Assembly: GCA_028718635.1 (NCBI GenBank)
Contig: JAQULK010000001.1
Location: 152,626 to 216,625, forward strand
Length of the DNA stretch: 64,000 nt
Direction: 5' to 3'
DNA from: Minisyncoccota bacterium
Lineage (GTDB): Bacteria; Patescibacteriota; Minisyncoccia; Phycocordibacterales; UBA9973
The translations under genes and the position numbers were made by a program. Every line of letters starts with the position of its first letter. Position 1 is the stretch's first letter. Positions 45,525 to 54,929 of this stretch are shown in pieces. Below the pieces are notes generated by a model. That model was not told the origin of the DNA, did not search any database, and worked only from the letters and a program-made list of their open reading frames with translations.

Positions 45525-48142
45525 TGAATGACGCTCGCCAATTTTGTCATCCTGAACTTGTTTCAGGATCTAATGCGTTTGCCAAAATAATAAAACTTTT
45601 CCGTTTCATTTTTTTCTTCTCGATATTTCTGGGAAGCTTTTTTGTTTTGGCAAACGAAGCAAGCGCGGCGACGTATTATGTGGATGCGACTCTTGGAAAG
45701 GATACATATAATGGTATAACCACAACTATAAATGATGGAGCAAGTGAAGGTCCATGGAAAACACTAACTAAAGTAAATGCCGCGCTGAATGCCGCTTCTA
45801 TTCATGCTGGTGATAGTGTTTTATTTAAAGCAGGGGAGACTTTCTTTGGCTATTTGTATGTTAAGGTAACGGGAACGGTAGGAAATATATTAACATTTGA
45901 TTCCTATGGAAGTGGAAATAAACCTATAATCGACGCTACTGGAAATAATAGCGGTATCGATCTTCGTGGAATAAATTATGTTACGTTTAATAATTTGGAT
46001 GTTAGAAATGCAACATTCCAAGGATACTTTTTTCTCAATGGAAATGACCACATAACAATAAATAATGGAAGTATATCTTCTTCTGCAAAGGCTATCCATC
46101 TCTATAACAATACAATTTCAAATCTAACAATTTCAAATCTAAATGCCAGTAATAATACATATGGTATTTATGGATTTGCCGGGGTTACTGTTAACACATT
46201 GTCCATATCCAATAGCCATTTCGACGACAACACATCAGAAGGTTTTTTCACCGATGGCACTGCGAACGGGAGTAATTTTACGATAACAGATACCACCATG
46301 TCCCGTAATGGGATCGGATCTGATAAAAATGGATTTTTACTACAAGGGACCGGCAGTACAGTTATCCTTACCAGGGTAACATCAGCCAACAACGGAGGGG
46401 ATGGATTTGGTGTCCATAACACTTGGATTGGTGTTATTTTTGATTATTGTACGGCGGATACTAACGGAACAGACGGGATAGGATCAGATGGAGACGGATT
46501 CAGTTTCCATGAGACTTCTTCTGGAATAATCAGGTATTCAATCAGCAAAAATAATTTAAAAACTGCGATTGCTCACGTTAATAGCTCCGCTGTTGAAATG
46601 TATTATGATCTTTTTTATCATGCAACCAATGGCACCTTGCCGCTTGTTTTATTACAAAATACTGGAAATCATAAATTATATAATAATATTATTTACAGTG
46701 GAAGTCAGACTGGTGATGCAGTAAGCGTTGAAGGGACCGTTGATATGCAAAACAATATAATAGATGGTTTCAATCGTGGCCTTATAAAAACTGGAGGAAC
46801 AATATCCAATGACCATGATATTATTTATGGAGTATTAACTTCTAATTATGTTGGTATTTCTGCCGGTGCTTATTCAATTATACAGGATCCAAAATTTTTT
46901 AATTCCAGTATTTATAACTTTTCCCTTCTCCCCACTTCCCCCGCCATCGACTCTGGCACCGATGTCTCATTAACCACCGACTACGCCGGCAATTCCATCT
47001 ACGGTACGCCCGACATCGGCGCTTATGAATACCAGCCGCCATATACCATGGGCACGGATGCAGTAAACACTTCCACCAGTGTCAGAATGTACGGAGACGA
47101 AAAGTTCAGAAACAAAACCGCCACCACCACGGAAACCACGGCTGATCTCTCAATTACCATTCCCGACTCGGATAAAACCAAGTGGCTGGACATAGCAGTT
47201 TCCACCTGGGACAACTCCGGAACTTATCACAAAACCTGGACGGAAAACACTACCAGCACCATTACCAACACCCTCCATACCATCGGAGACCTGGAACCCA
47301 ACAAATACTACAATGTGTCCGTGGATTCCGTTCTGGGAAACAACATTACCGGCGATAACTGTTCAAACGGCCTCTGTCTTTCCAACGCGGAAGGTAAAAT
47401 ATCTTTTACCTATACTGGTTCATATTCCGAACACACCTTTGACGTGGAAGAAGGAGATAATACCGCCCCCATCCGTTCCGCCGGTTTGCCTTCCGGCAGT
47501 CAACCTGCTGGCACAACGCAAGTAACAATGTCTTTGACCACCGACGAAAACGCCACCTGCAAATACTCCACCTCTGCCGACACCGCTTACGCTTCCATGA
47601 CCGATACCTTTACCACAACTGGCACCCAATCCCATTCCACCACCATTTCCGGTCTCTCCAACGGCAATACATACAATTACTATGTCCGCTGCACTGACGG
47701 CTCAAATGCTAACAGCAACGATTACCCTATTTCTTTTTCCATTACTAACCCTACCGCGCATTCTTCAGGCAACAGTGCTCAGAGTCGAATCAACAATCTG
47801 CTCTCCATGGGCAACTACACCCAAGCGCAACAATTGGCTAATCAATACAATATTTCAATTCCAGTAATTACCACCCCGCCTACAGCACCCCTCCTGAATC
47901 AAGGAGGGGAAAGAAGTGTTAATGCTTACAACTTTGGTCTCTCTGTTCTCAAAAAAGGAAGCAAAGGTGAAGCTGTCAAAGAACTCCAGAAGTTCTTAAA
48001 CCAAGATCTGAAACTAAACTTGAAAATAGATGGCATCTTGGGATCAAAAACAACTATGGCTATCAAACAATACCAAAAAGCGCATAATCTAAAAGTGGAT
48101 GGGGTAGTGGGGGAGAAGACGAAGGGGAGGATGGGGGTGTGA
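45524..48142 (+). CDS. Large secreted beta-helix (pectin-lyase-like) protein with a C-terminal peptidoglycan-binding domain; true start uncertain
   Basis: AATYYVDAT.G.D..PWKT, N..G repeats, SPAIDSG..PDIGAYEY, LKKGSKGEAVKELQ..DGVVG. Confidence 0.8.
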   Translation: MNDARQFCHPELVSGSNAFAKIIKLFRFIFFFSIFLGSFFVLANEASAATYYVDATLGKDTYNGITTTINDGASEGPWKTLTKVNAALNAASIHAGDSVLFKAGETFFGYLYVKVTGTVGNILTFDSYGSGNKPIIDATGNNSGIDLRGINYVTFNNLDVRNATFQGYFFLNGNDHITINNGSISSSAKAIHLYNNTISNLTISNLNASNNTYGIYGFAGVTVNTLSISNSHFDDNTSEGFFTDGTANGSNFTITDTTMSRNGIGSDKNGFLLQGTGSTVILTRVTSANNGGDGFGVHNTWIGVIFDYCTADTNGTDGIGSDGDGFSFHETSSGIIRYSISKNNLKTAIAHVNSSAVEMYYDLFYHATNGTLPLVLLQNTGNHKLYNNIIYSGSQTGDAVSVEGTVDMQNNIIDGFNRGLIKTGGTISNDHDIIYGVLTSNYVGISAGAYSIIQDPKFFNSSIYNFSLLPTSPAIDSGTDVSLTTDYAGNSIYGTPDIGAYEYQPPYTMGTDAVNTSTSVRMYGDEKFRNKTATTTETTADLSITIPDSDKTKWLDIAVSTWDNSGTYHKTWTENTTSTITNTLHTIGDLEPNKYYNVSVDSVLGNNITGDNCSNGLCLSNAEGKISFTYTGSYSEHTFDVEEGDNTAPIRSAGLPSGSQPAGTTQVTMSLTTDENATCKYSTSADTAYASMTDTFTTTGTQSHSTTISGLSNGNTYNYYVRCTDGSNANSNDYPISFSITNPTAHSSGNSAQSRINNLLSMGNYTQAQQLANQYNISIPVITTPPTAPLLNQGGERSVNAYNFGLSVLKKGSKGEAVKELQKFLNQDLKLNLKIDGILGSKTTMAIKQYQKAHNLKVDGVVGEKTKGRMGV
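48097..48133 (+). repeat. 37-bp G-tract sequence, copy 1
   Basis: Identical to 61904-61940. Confidence 0.9.
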
Positions 48143-48244
48143 ATTCCTTTTTAAAATAATACAAAAATAGCAAGGGTGGTCTTGATATTTTTTGGCTAAA
48201 TATATACATTTGTGGTAGATTTGATAAAGTAGGATTTATAATAT

Positions 48245-48316
48245 GCCCTTGTAGTTCAATGGATAGAACAGAGCTCTTCTAAGGCTTCGATGTAGGTTCG
48301 ATTCCTACCAAGGGCA
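48245..48316 (+). tRNA. tRNA-Arg(TCT)
   Basis: Anticodon loop CTTCTAA; GGTTCGATTCC. Confidence 0.93.
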
Positions 48317-48500
48317 CATGCGTGTGAGACCGACCGAGAGGCTTATTTTGTAAGCTTTTTGGAAAGTTGAATACAAAAAAAGTATTCCTAGTGGGGTACC
48401 TCTTAAGTTATTTGGAACCCAAAAATATTTAGGTTCTATTTTGTAAATTACATTACTATTTAATAGAGCTTGATTATAGAAAAAATGATATATTTATATC

Positions 48501-49253
48501 ATGGATAAAAAATCCAACAATAGAACATTCCTATTACCGCAATTCTCGCTTTTCGATATTCAAATAGGTGTGGGCGAAGAAGAATTCAAAAAAGGGTACA
48601 AATTATTTAATGACGGCAAGGTTGGGAAAATAAAGTCAGATATTCGTGGTTTTAGTGCCGCTGTTGCTGGTGCGCATCCTTATGAAGTATTTGTTGAAGC
48701 TAATGATTTTGACCAAGGGTCTTGCAGTTGCTACCTAGGGCAAAAAGACATTCTTTGTAAACATATGATTGCACTCGCTATTGCTGCAATCTTCAAATAT
48801 AATCCTGAAAACTTCAAGCTCATCACAAGTCCGCTTGATCGAGCAGTATGTTCTGGACAAATACGAGATATCACAAAAGAAGAATTAGTTGCTATCAAAA
48901 AAGAATTGAAACACGGATTATCATATATAAAATATTATGACGGACCGTCTTCAAAATGGTTTACGTATCAAGATACTTTGTTAAAAGGCGGGCGACTTAT
49001 GCGGTACGCACTTTCAAAACTTCCCATATGCGAAGAGTCGGCAAAGATATGTATTGATTTTCTTGTGAAGCTGGATAAAAAAGTTTGCAATGGGGTTGAT
49101 GATTCTGATGGAACAGTGGGTGAGCTTATGACAGATATAGTTGAAGTGCTAAATTTATTTGTAAGCAATAAACCTGACCTTCGTAATTTTATTAGTGAGC
49201 ACTTGCCAAAAGAAACCTCCTTTGGCTGGGAGAGGATGTTTGGTGTAATTTAA
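48501..49253 (+). CDS. SWIM zinc-finger protein
   Basis: CSC....CKH motif. Confidence 0.8.
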   Translation: MDKKSNNRTFLLPQFSLFDIQIGVGEEEFKKGYKLFNDGKVGKIKSDIRGFSAAVAGAHPYEVFVEANDFDQGSCSCYLGQKDILCKHMIALAIAAIFKYNPENFKLITSPLDRAVCSGQIRDITKEELVAIKKELKHGLSYIKYYDGPSSKWFTYQDTLLKGGRLMRYALSKLPICEESAKICIDFLVKLDKKVCNGVDDSDGTVGELMTDIVEVLNLFVSNKPDLRNFISEHLPKETSFGWERMFGVI

Positions 49254-49254
49254 T

Positions 49255-50304
49255 TTACTTCTTTCTATACCTCGTCGTCCTCCCTTGTCCGATGCGTTCC
49301 ACTTTTTTCAAACGCAAAAGAGTGTCGATTGCTTGTGATACAGTTGGTCTCGCTACTTTTGTGTTCTTTGAAATTTCTCCCGGGGTTGCTTCAGAAACTT
49401 TTTCAAGATATTCCCAAACCAAAAGCTGTTTTGGAGATAAAAGTTTTTCAATATTTTCTTTTGACAATAATTCAATTGCTTGCTTTGCCTGAGTGAGTAG
49501 AACATTAAAAAAGAATTCAAGCCATGGCTCAATATTTGCATTGTTAGATTTTAAAGTTTTCTGACTTTTGCGAAGAGCGATATAGTACTCAGCTTTGTTG
49601 TCTTCAATTAATTTCTCATGCGAGACATAAGGCATATACGCGTAGCCAGCCTGAAGCATCATTAAATTTGTTAGTACTCTGGAAAGTCTGCCGTTGCCAT
49701 CTTGGAATGGGTGAATATTTAAAAATTCAATTAAAAAATTAGCAACAATAAGCAGTGGGTGGATTTCTTTTTGAATAAAAGATTCTTTTGTCCATTCCAC
49801 TAACTCCTGCATTTCCTTTGGCGTAAGCCAAGCAGGCGTAGTATCAAATAACACGCCGACGGATTCACCAGCCTCGTTTATCATTTCAACCCTATTCTCT
49901 GTTTTTTTGTATTCGCCTCTGTGAAGCTTATCCTTCTCTACATACTTCAAAAGTTCTTTATGCAGATGCTGAATACTACTTTCCGAAAATGGTATTTTGT
50001 TATAAGAATTGAAAACATTATTCAGCAGTTCGTAATATCCTTGCACCTCCTGCTTGTCCCGATCAGCGAATTTTTGCATAGAAAGTCCGCGCATCATTTT
50101 TTCAACATCTTCGTCTGAAAGTTTTGCTCCTTCAATACGAGTTGATGCGCCAGCCGAAGTAATTAAAACCGAGCGTTTCAATCTTCCGAGCGCCTGCGGA
50201 TTTATCTCCGCTCCACCAATCCATCTTCCTTTTAACTCATCAATTTGGTTGATGATTGTCCATAGACTTTGTGGTATATTTTGAATACGTTTATTGTAAT
50301 TCAT
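49255..50304 (-). CDS. Fic-domain protein with a C-terminal HTH
   Basis: HPFQDGNGRLSR; STRIEG. Confidence 0.93.
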   Translation of the reverse strand: MNYNKRIQNIPQSLWTIINQIDELKGRWIGGAEINPQALGRLKRSVLITSAGASTRIEGAKLSDEDVEKMMRGLSMQKFADRDKQEVQGYYELLNNVFNSYNKIPFSESSIQHLHKELLKYVEKDKLHRGEYKKTENRVEMINEAGESVGVLFDTTPAWLTPKEMQELVEWTKESFIQKEIHPLLIVANFLIEFLNIHPFQDGNGRLSRVLTNLMMLQAGYAYMPYVSHEKLIEDNKAEYYIALRKSQKTLKSNNANIEPWLEFFFNVLLTQAKQAIELLSKENIEKLLSPKQLLVWEYLEKVSEATPGEISKNTKVARPTVSQAIDTLLRLKKVERIGQGRTTRYRKK

Positions 50305-50391
50305 ATATTAATTAATCTAATGTATTAACTATATGAGATTATATTAGATTAGTTTAATAAAAGCAAGTTTTTTATAATTTTTTAGCACAAT

Positions 50392-51033
50392 ATGAAAATC
50401 AGAAAAATAACTCAAATACTCATCGTGGTGTCGGTTATCGCTATTATTTTTATCCTTTTTCGTTTGGATTTGTCGGGAGTAGAAACTCCTGGTTATTTGA
50501 TCTGGAATCTTTTTTTAGCTTGGATACCTTACATAATTTCTTCGTATTTTATTAAAAAGGAAACATCAATAAGTATTTTTATACCATTGTTTATTTTCTG
50601 GCTTTTGTTTTTCCCAAATGCTCCATATTTAGTGACTGATGTTACGCACATAGTCTCGAGTCCTGCGTCCTTCGTGTGGTATGACAGCTTGCTCTTCTTT
50701 TTCTTCGGATGGGTCGGTTTGCTTTTGGGAATGGTTTCTCTTTATCGTATTCATCAATATTTCAAAAATCATTTAAGCAATTTTATTTCTGAACTGATAA
50801 TTTTTGTTATTTGTTTTGTTTCGAGTTTCGGAGTGTATTTGGGAAGATTCGAAAGATGGAATAGCTGGGATCTTTTTTTAAACCCATTTAATTTAATTAA
50901 GCAGTCAGTTAATATTTCAGCTGACCTCATTAATGCAGGCGCCCCATTAATTTTTGTCGGCATATTTACTATATTCATGTACTCAGTTTATAAAACAGTA
51001 TATATTCTGATTGCAGATAACTCTGAATTATAA
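50392..51033 (+). CDS. DUF1361-like membrane protein
   Basis: WNLFLAWIP, FPNAPY.VTD..H, YLGRFERWNSWD. Confidence 0.85.
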   Translation: MKIRKITQILIVVSVIAIIFILFRLDLSGVETPGYLIWNLFLAWIPYIISSYFIKKETSISIFIPLFIFWLLFFPNAPYLVTDVTHIVSSPASFVWYDSLLFFFFGWVGLLLGMVSLYRIHQYFKNHLSNFISELIIFVICFVSSFGVYLGRFERWNSWDLFLNPFNLIKQSVNISADLINAGAPLIFVGIFTIFMYSVYKTVYILIADNSEL

Positions 51034-51797
51034 TGCCAGCAATAACAAATTCAAAAATAAAAGTTTTATACGAGGATGCAAATATCCTGGCCATAGACAA
51101 ACCGTCTGGAATTTTGGTGCACCCTGACGAAAGAAGTAAAGAGAAAACAATTTTAGATTTATTTATAAAAAAATATCTGAAATTAGAGATAGTGCATAGA
51201 CTTGATAGAGAGACTTCCGGAGTTCTCTTGTTGGCTAAAAATAAAAAAGCTCACGAATTTCTAAAAAAACAATTTCAAAATCGGGAGATAAAAAAAGTTT
51301 ATCATGCTATCGTTTCCGGCAATGTAAAAAATGAGAGGGGGATAATAAATAAGCCAATCGGGCGAAGCCCGAAAGATTTTCGCCGTTATTCGGCTGGCAG
51401 AGGAGCCCGGGGAGAGATGCGAGAAGCGATAACCCAGTATAGGGTTTTGAAACGTTTTGTTGCTAAGGCGAAGCTTCAAGAAATTTTACATCCCCGAGGG
51501 TCCCACTCCGCAGGAGAAGGGCGCAGGGGTGGAAAATTACTTGAAGCGAAGCCACAAAGATTTACCTATCTGGAAATAAGACCAAAAACTGGCCGGACGC
51601 ATCAGATCAGGGTGCATATGAAATATTTGAATCATCCCATTGTGTGCGATTCGCTTTATAATCCTGATAATCCTTGCCCGAAAGGCATTTTTCGAGTGGC
51701 CCTGCATGCCAAATCCATAGAATTTAAGAACTTAAAAGGGGAAACTATAAAAGTGGAATCCGCAATTCCAAAAGAGTTTGAGAAGGTGGTAAAATGA
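51033..51797 (+). CDS. RluA/RluD-family pseudouridine synthase
   Basis: HRLDRETSG, TGRTHQIRVH, LHA; about 34-aa insertion. Confidence 0.93.
   Translation: MPAITNSKIKVLYEDANILAIDKPSGILVHPDERSKEKTILDLFIKKYLKLEIVHRLDRETSGVLLLAKNKKAHEFLKKQFQNREIKKVYHAIVSGNVKNERGIINKPIGRSPKDFRRYSAGRGARGEMREAITQYRVLKRFVAKAKLQEILHPRGSHSAGEGRRGGKLLEAKPQRFTYLEIRPKTGRTHQIRVHMKYLNHPIVCDSLYNPDNPCPKGIFRVALHAKSIEFKNLKGETIKVESAIPKEFEKVVK
51456..51558. mobile_element. Armed element in frame in the RluA-family gene
   Basis: gcttcaagaaatttt..aaaattacttgaagc arms; reverse-complement core cctgcgccct..gggaccctcgg as in the uvrC insert. Confidence 0.8.
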
Positions 51798-51813
51798 ATC
51801 TAAGAAATACTTT

Positions 51814-51874
51814 CTCACCCCAACCCCTCTCCATAAATTGATTTATGGAGAGGGGAAAGCAAGGGGAGAGGTGA
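51814..51874. repeat. Intergenic CTCACCCC..CCCTCTCC..GGAGAGGG element
   Basis: cccctctccataaat-tg-atttatggagagggg. Confidence 0.8.
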
Positions 51875-51881
51875 ATTAATT

Positions 51882-53585
51882 ATGAATCAAGAAACTAAAT
51901 CCTGCCAAAATTGCCAAAAAGATTTCACGATAGAGCCAGAAGATTTTAATTTCTATGGAAAGATAAAAGTTCCATCGCCCTCTTGGTGTCCAGAATGCCG
52001 AATAGTACGTAGATTTGCTATTCACAATACTTGGAGTTTGTTTTGGCGAAATTGTGAAAAGTGTGGGATTAAAACTCTATCAACTTTTGAACCGGAAACA
52101 AAAATCACAACTTACTGCCAACCTTGCTGGTGGGGAGATTCTTGGGATGGCACAGAGTATGCTATGGACTACGATCCATCGCGTCCGTTTTTGGAACAAT
52201 TAAAAGAGTTGAGTAACAAAACGCCGTATGCTGCGCTTGAAACAGCTTATTTAACATTAAAAAATTCTGATTATTCAAATGATATTGCCTGGAGTAAAGA
52301 TTGTTATTTAGTTTTCTGGGCTGATTATTGTGATACAGTTTTTTACTCTTCTTTATTAAATGGTTTGAAATATAGTGCAGATTGTATTAGGGGATATGAA
52401 TCAGAATTATGTTATGAGTCTATAGGTTTTACGAAAAATTATAGAACTTTTTTTTCCGATGAATGTGATACCTGTGTGGATGTATGGTTTTCGCGTAATT
52501 GTTACGGTTGCACCAATTGCATCGGATGTGTGAACCTTCGTGGAGCTTCTAATTATATTTTTAATGTAAAATATTCTAAAGAAGAATATGCGGAAAAATT
52601 AAAAGAACTCAGTCTAGATTCTTGGAGTAAATTACGCGAGCTTGAAAAAAGAGCGCATGAATTTTGGCTGACTTTACCATATAGAGAATATGATGGCCAT
52701 TCTTTAAATTTAAATGTAACAGGAGAACATGTGTATACATCTAAAAATTCTAAAGAGGTATATGTTGTAAATGGTGCAGAAAATTGTAAATGGACTCAGT
52801 TTATAACAGTTCCTACTGCAAAAGATTGCATGGACTACTCTGGCTGGGGTAACAATTCTTCTCTTATTTATGAATCTGCCACTGTAGGAGAGAACGCGAA
52901 TTCAATTTATTTTTGTTATGGCTGTTGGCCGGATTCTCTTAATCTTCAATATTGTTCTTGGAATATATCCGGCAAAAATAATTTTGGCTGTTTTAATCTA
53001 AAGAGAAAGCAATATTGCATCCTAAATAAACAATATTCCAAAGAAGAATACGAGAAACTGAAAAATGAAATTATCGCAGATATGAAAATAAATCCGTATA
53101 TAGATAAACTGGGACGCAAATATTATTATGGAGAATTTTTTCCATCCGAGTTAAGTAAATTTTCTTATAATAAATCAAATGCCATACGTTTTTTCCCAAA
53201 GACAAAAGAGCAAGCGACCCGTGAAGGGTTTAACTGGAGTGATAGAGAAAATATCGTATATAATATTTCTAAACCAGCAAATTCTTTACCGGAAAAAATT
53301 GCGAATACAGGAGAAGATATCTTAAACGAAGTTATTGAATGTGAAAATTGTGGGAATGGATATAGGGTAGTTCAGGGTGAATATGATTTATTGCGTAAAA
53401 TGAATTTACCTATCCCGCATGAATGTCCCAAATGCCGTGAAATTAAACGATTTGCCAGAATGAATAAACCAAAGTTGCATCACCGAAATTGTATGAAATG
53501 CGGTGTAAATATTTATACCCCTTATTCTCCCGAAAGTCCTAATATTGTGTATTGCGTGAAGTGTTATCAGCAAGAATTTGCTTAA
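51882..53585 (+). CDS. Cys-rich CPR-type protein of unknown function, paralog 2
   Basis: Same layout as 16545-18293; near-identical N-terminus CQNC.KDFTIEPEDF. Confidence 0.8.
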   Translation: MNQETKSCQNCQKDFTIEPEDFNFYGKIKVPSPSWCPECRIVRRFAIHNTWSLFWRNCEKCGIKTLSTFEPETKITTYCQPCWWGDSWDGTEYAMDYDPSRPFLEQLKELSNKTPYAALETAYLTLKNSDYSNDIAWSKDCYLVFWADYCDTVFYSSLLNGLKYSADCIRGYESELCYESIGFTKNYRTFFSDECDTCVDVWFSRNCYGCTNCIGCVNLRGASNYIFNVKYSKEEYAEKLKELSLDSWSKLRELEKRAHEFWLTLPYREYDGHSLNLNVTGEHVYTSKNSKEVYVVNGAENCKWTQFITVPTAKDCMDYSGWGNNSSLIYESATVGENANSIYFCYGCWPDSLNLQYCSWNISGKNNFGCFNLKRKQYCILNKQYSKEEYEKLKNEIIADMKINPYIDKLGRKYYYGEFFPSELSKFSYNKSNAIRFFPKTKEQATREGFNWSDRENIVYNISKPANSLPEKIANTGEDILNEVIECENCGNGYRVVQGEYDLLRKMNLPIPHECPKCREIKRFARMNKPKLHHRNCMKCGVNIYTPYSPESPNIVYCVKCYQQEFA

Positions 53586-53616
53586 AGAGGTTGTTTATGT
53601 TAGATTAAATCGACTA

Positions 53617-53684
53617 CTTGTCCCGTTAGAAAATCAGCGGACTGGTAAGAAGTAGTAAGTTTATTATTTAAATTTTTTAATGGG
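53617..53684 (+). mobile_element. CTTGTCCCGTTAG...GGG-ATG element abutting the rplS start codon
   Basis: tcccgttagaaa..ttttaatggg|ATG. Confidence 0.75.
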
Positions 53685-54095
53685 ATGGCAGGAAATAAAA
53701 TCAATAAAATAAAATTCACTCCGGTAGATATCGAAGAGCGAAAGAAGCTTAATTTCAAGGCTGGAGATACTGTTTCTGTTTCGTCAAAGATTATAGATGA
53801 AAAAGGCAAGTCTCGTTTTCAAGTTTTTGAGGGTATCGTGCTTGCTAGAAAACATGGCACTGAAGCGGGTGCTACTTTTACCGTCAGAAAGGTTTCTTCT
53901 GGTGTTGGAGTAGAAAGAATTTTTCCGTTATATTCTCCAATGATAGGGGAAATCAAAATAACTAAAAGGTCTCGCGCTCGCAGGTCAAAACTTTACTATA
54001 TCCGTACCAAGGCAGTCAAAGATGTTCGCAAAAAAATGCGTTCCATCGCTCATTCAGAGGAAGCAAACGATGCAGTAGAAAAAGTTGCAGAATAA
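53685..54095 (+). CDS. rplS: 50S ribosomal protein L19
   Basis: F..GDTV.V, Q.FEG.V, TFTVRK.S.GVGVERIFP, RRSKLYYIR. Confidence 0.97.
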   Translation: MAGNKINKIKFTPVDIEERKKLNFKAGDTVSVSSKIIDEKGKSRFQVFEGIVLARKHGTEAGATFTVRKVSSGVGVERIFPLYSPMIGEIKITKRSRARRSKLYYIRTKAVKDVRKKMRSIAHSEEANDAVEKVAE

Positions 54096-54139
54096 ATTTT
54101 TGTTTAATTTTTATTAATCTATTGTTATACTCATAATAT

Positions 54140-54223
54140 GCCCAGGTGGCGAAACTGGTAGACGTACTACCTTGAGGTGGTAGCGCCCGCAAGGGCATGG
54201 GAGTTCAAATCTCCCCCTGGGCA
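54140..54223 (+). tRNA. tRNA-Leu(GAG)
   Basis: CTACC-TTGAGGT-GGTAG; variable arm. Confidence 0.95.
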
Positions 54224-54256
54224 CAAAAGAAATATTAAAGAATCTCTTTAAGTGGC

Positions 54257-54292
54257 AAGAACACTTGTGAAAAATATCCACAAGTGTTCTTG
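54257..54292 (+). terminator. Hairpin after tRNA-Leu
   Basis: caagaacacttgtg-N9-cacaagtgttcttg followed by T-rich sequence. Confidence 0.55.
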
Positions 54293-54327
54293 TTTACCTT
54301 GTCTTTCTTTTTTGGTATAATGTACTT

Positions 54328-54849
54328 ATGCCAATAGTTAAATGCAAATTATGTTCAAAAGAATTTTATGGTAAACCATTTTTTCTAAAGAATGGTTGGG
54401 CTAAGTATTGTTCTACCGCATGTCAGTACAAAGCTAGACGAAGTGGAAAATTTTTACCCTGCGAGATTTGTGGAGAAAAGACCTATAAACAGTTAAAAAG
54501 ACTAAAAAAATCTAAAAGTGGTAAATTCTTTTGTAGCAAGTCTTGCCAAACAGTGTGGAGAAATCAAGAATTCATAGGAATTAAACATCATAATTGGAAA
54601 ACTGGGTTATCTGCTTACAGAAGCGTATTGGCGAGAAATAAGATTCCTAAATTTTGCAATTTATGTAGAACAAAAGATGAAAGAGTTCTTTCTACCCATC
54701 ATATTGATAAGAATAGAAACAATAATCATGTATCAAATCTTGCATGGCTTTGTAACAATTGTCATTTTTTAGTTCACCATTATAAAGATGAATCCTTGAA
54801 ATTTAAAAAAAATCTGTCAGTATATAGAATACGAGGTAAATCCTCATAA
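54328..54849 (+). CDS. HNH endonuclease with N-terminal CxxC..CS..C zinc fingers
   Basis: CNLC..THHIDKNRNNNHVSNL..LCNNCHFLVH. Confidence 0.9.
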   Translation: MPIVKCKLCSKEFYGKPFFLKNGWAKYCSTACQYKARRSGKFLPCEICGEKTYKQLKRLKKSKSGKFFCSKSCQTVWRNQEFIGIKHHNWKTGLSAYRSVLARNKIPKFCNLCRTKDERVLSTHHIDKNRNNNHVSNLAWLCNNCHFLVHHYKDESLKFKKNLSVYRIRGKSS

Positions 54850-54852
54850 CAT

Positions 54853-54924
54853 GGTGCCCGTAGTTTAGTGGTAAAACTTCGGCTTGTGGAGCCGATATCG
54901 AGAGTTCAATTCTCTCCGGGCACC
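54853..54924 (+). tRNA. tRNA-His(GTG)
   Basis: G-1/C73; TCGGC-TTGTGGA-GCCGA. Confidence 0.95.
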
Positions 54925-54929
54925 CATTA

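Noticed and set aside
46112-46141. 15-bp tandem duplication (TISNL twice)
   Set aside because: Ordinary beta-helix repeat expansion.
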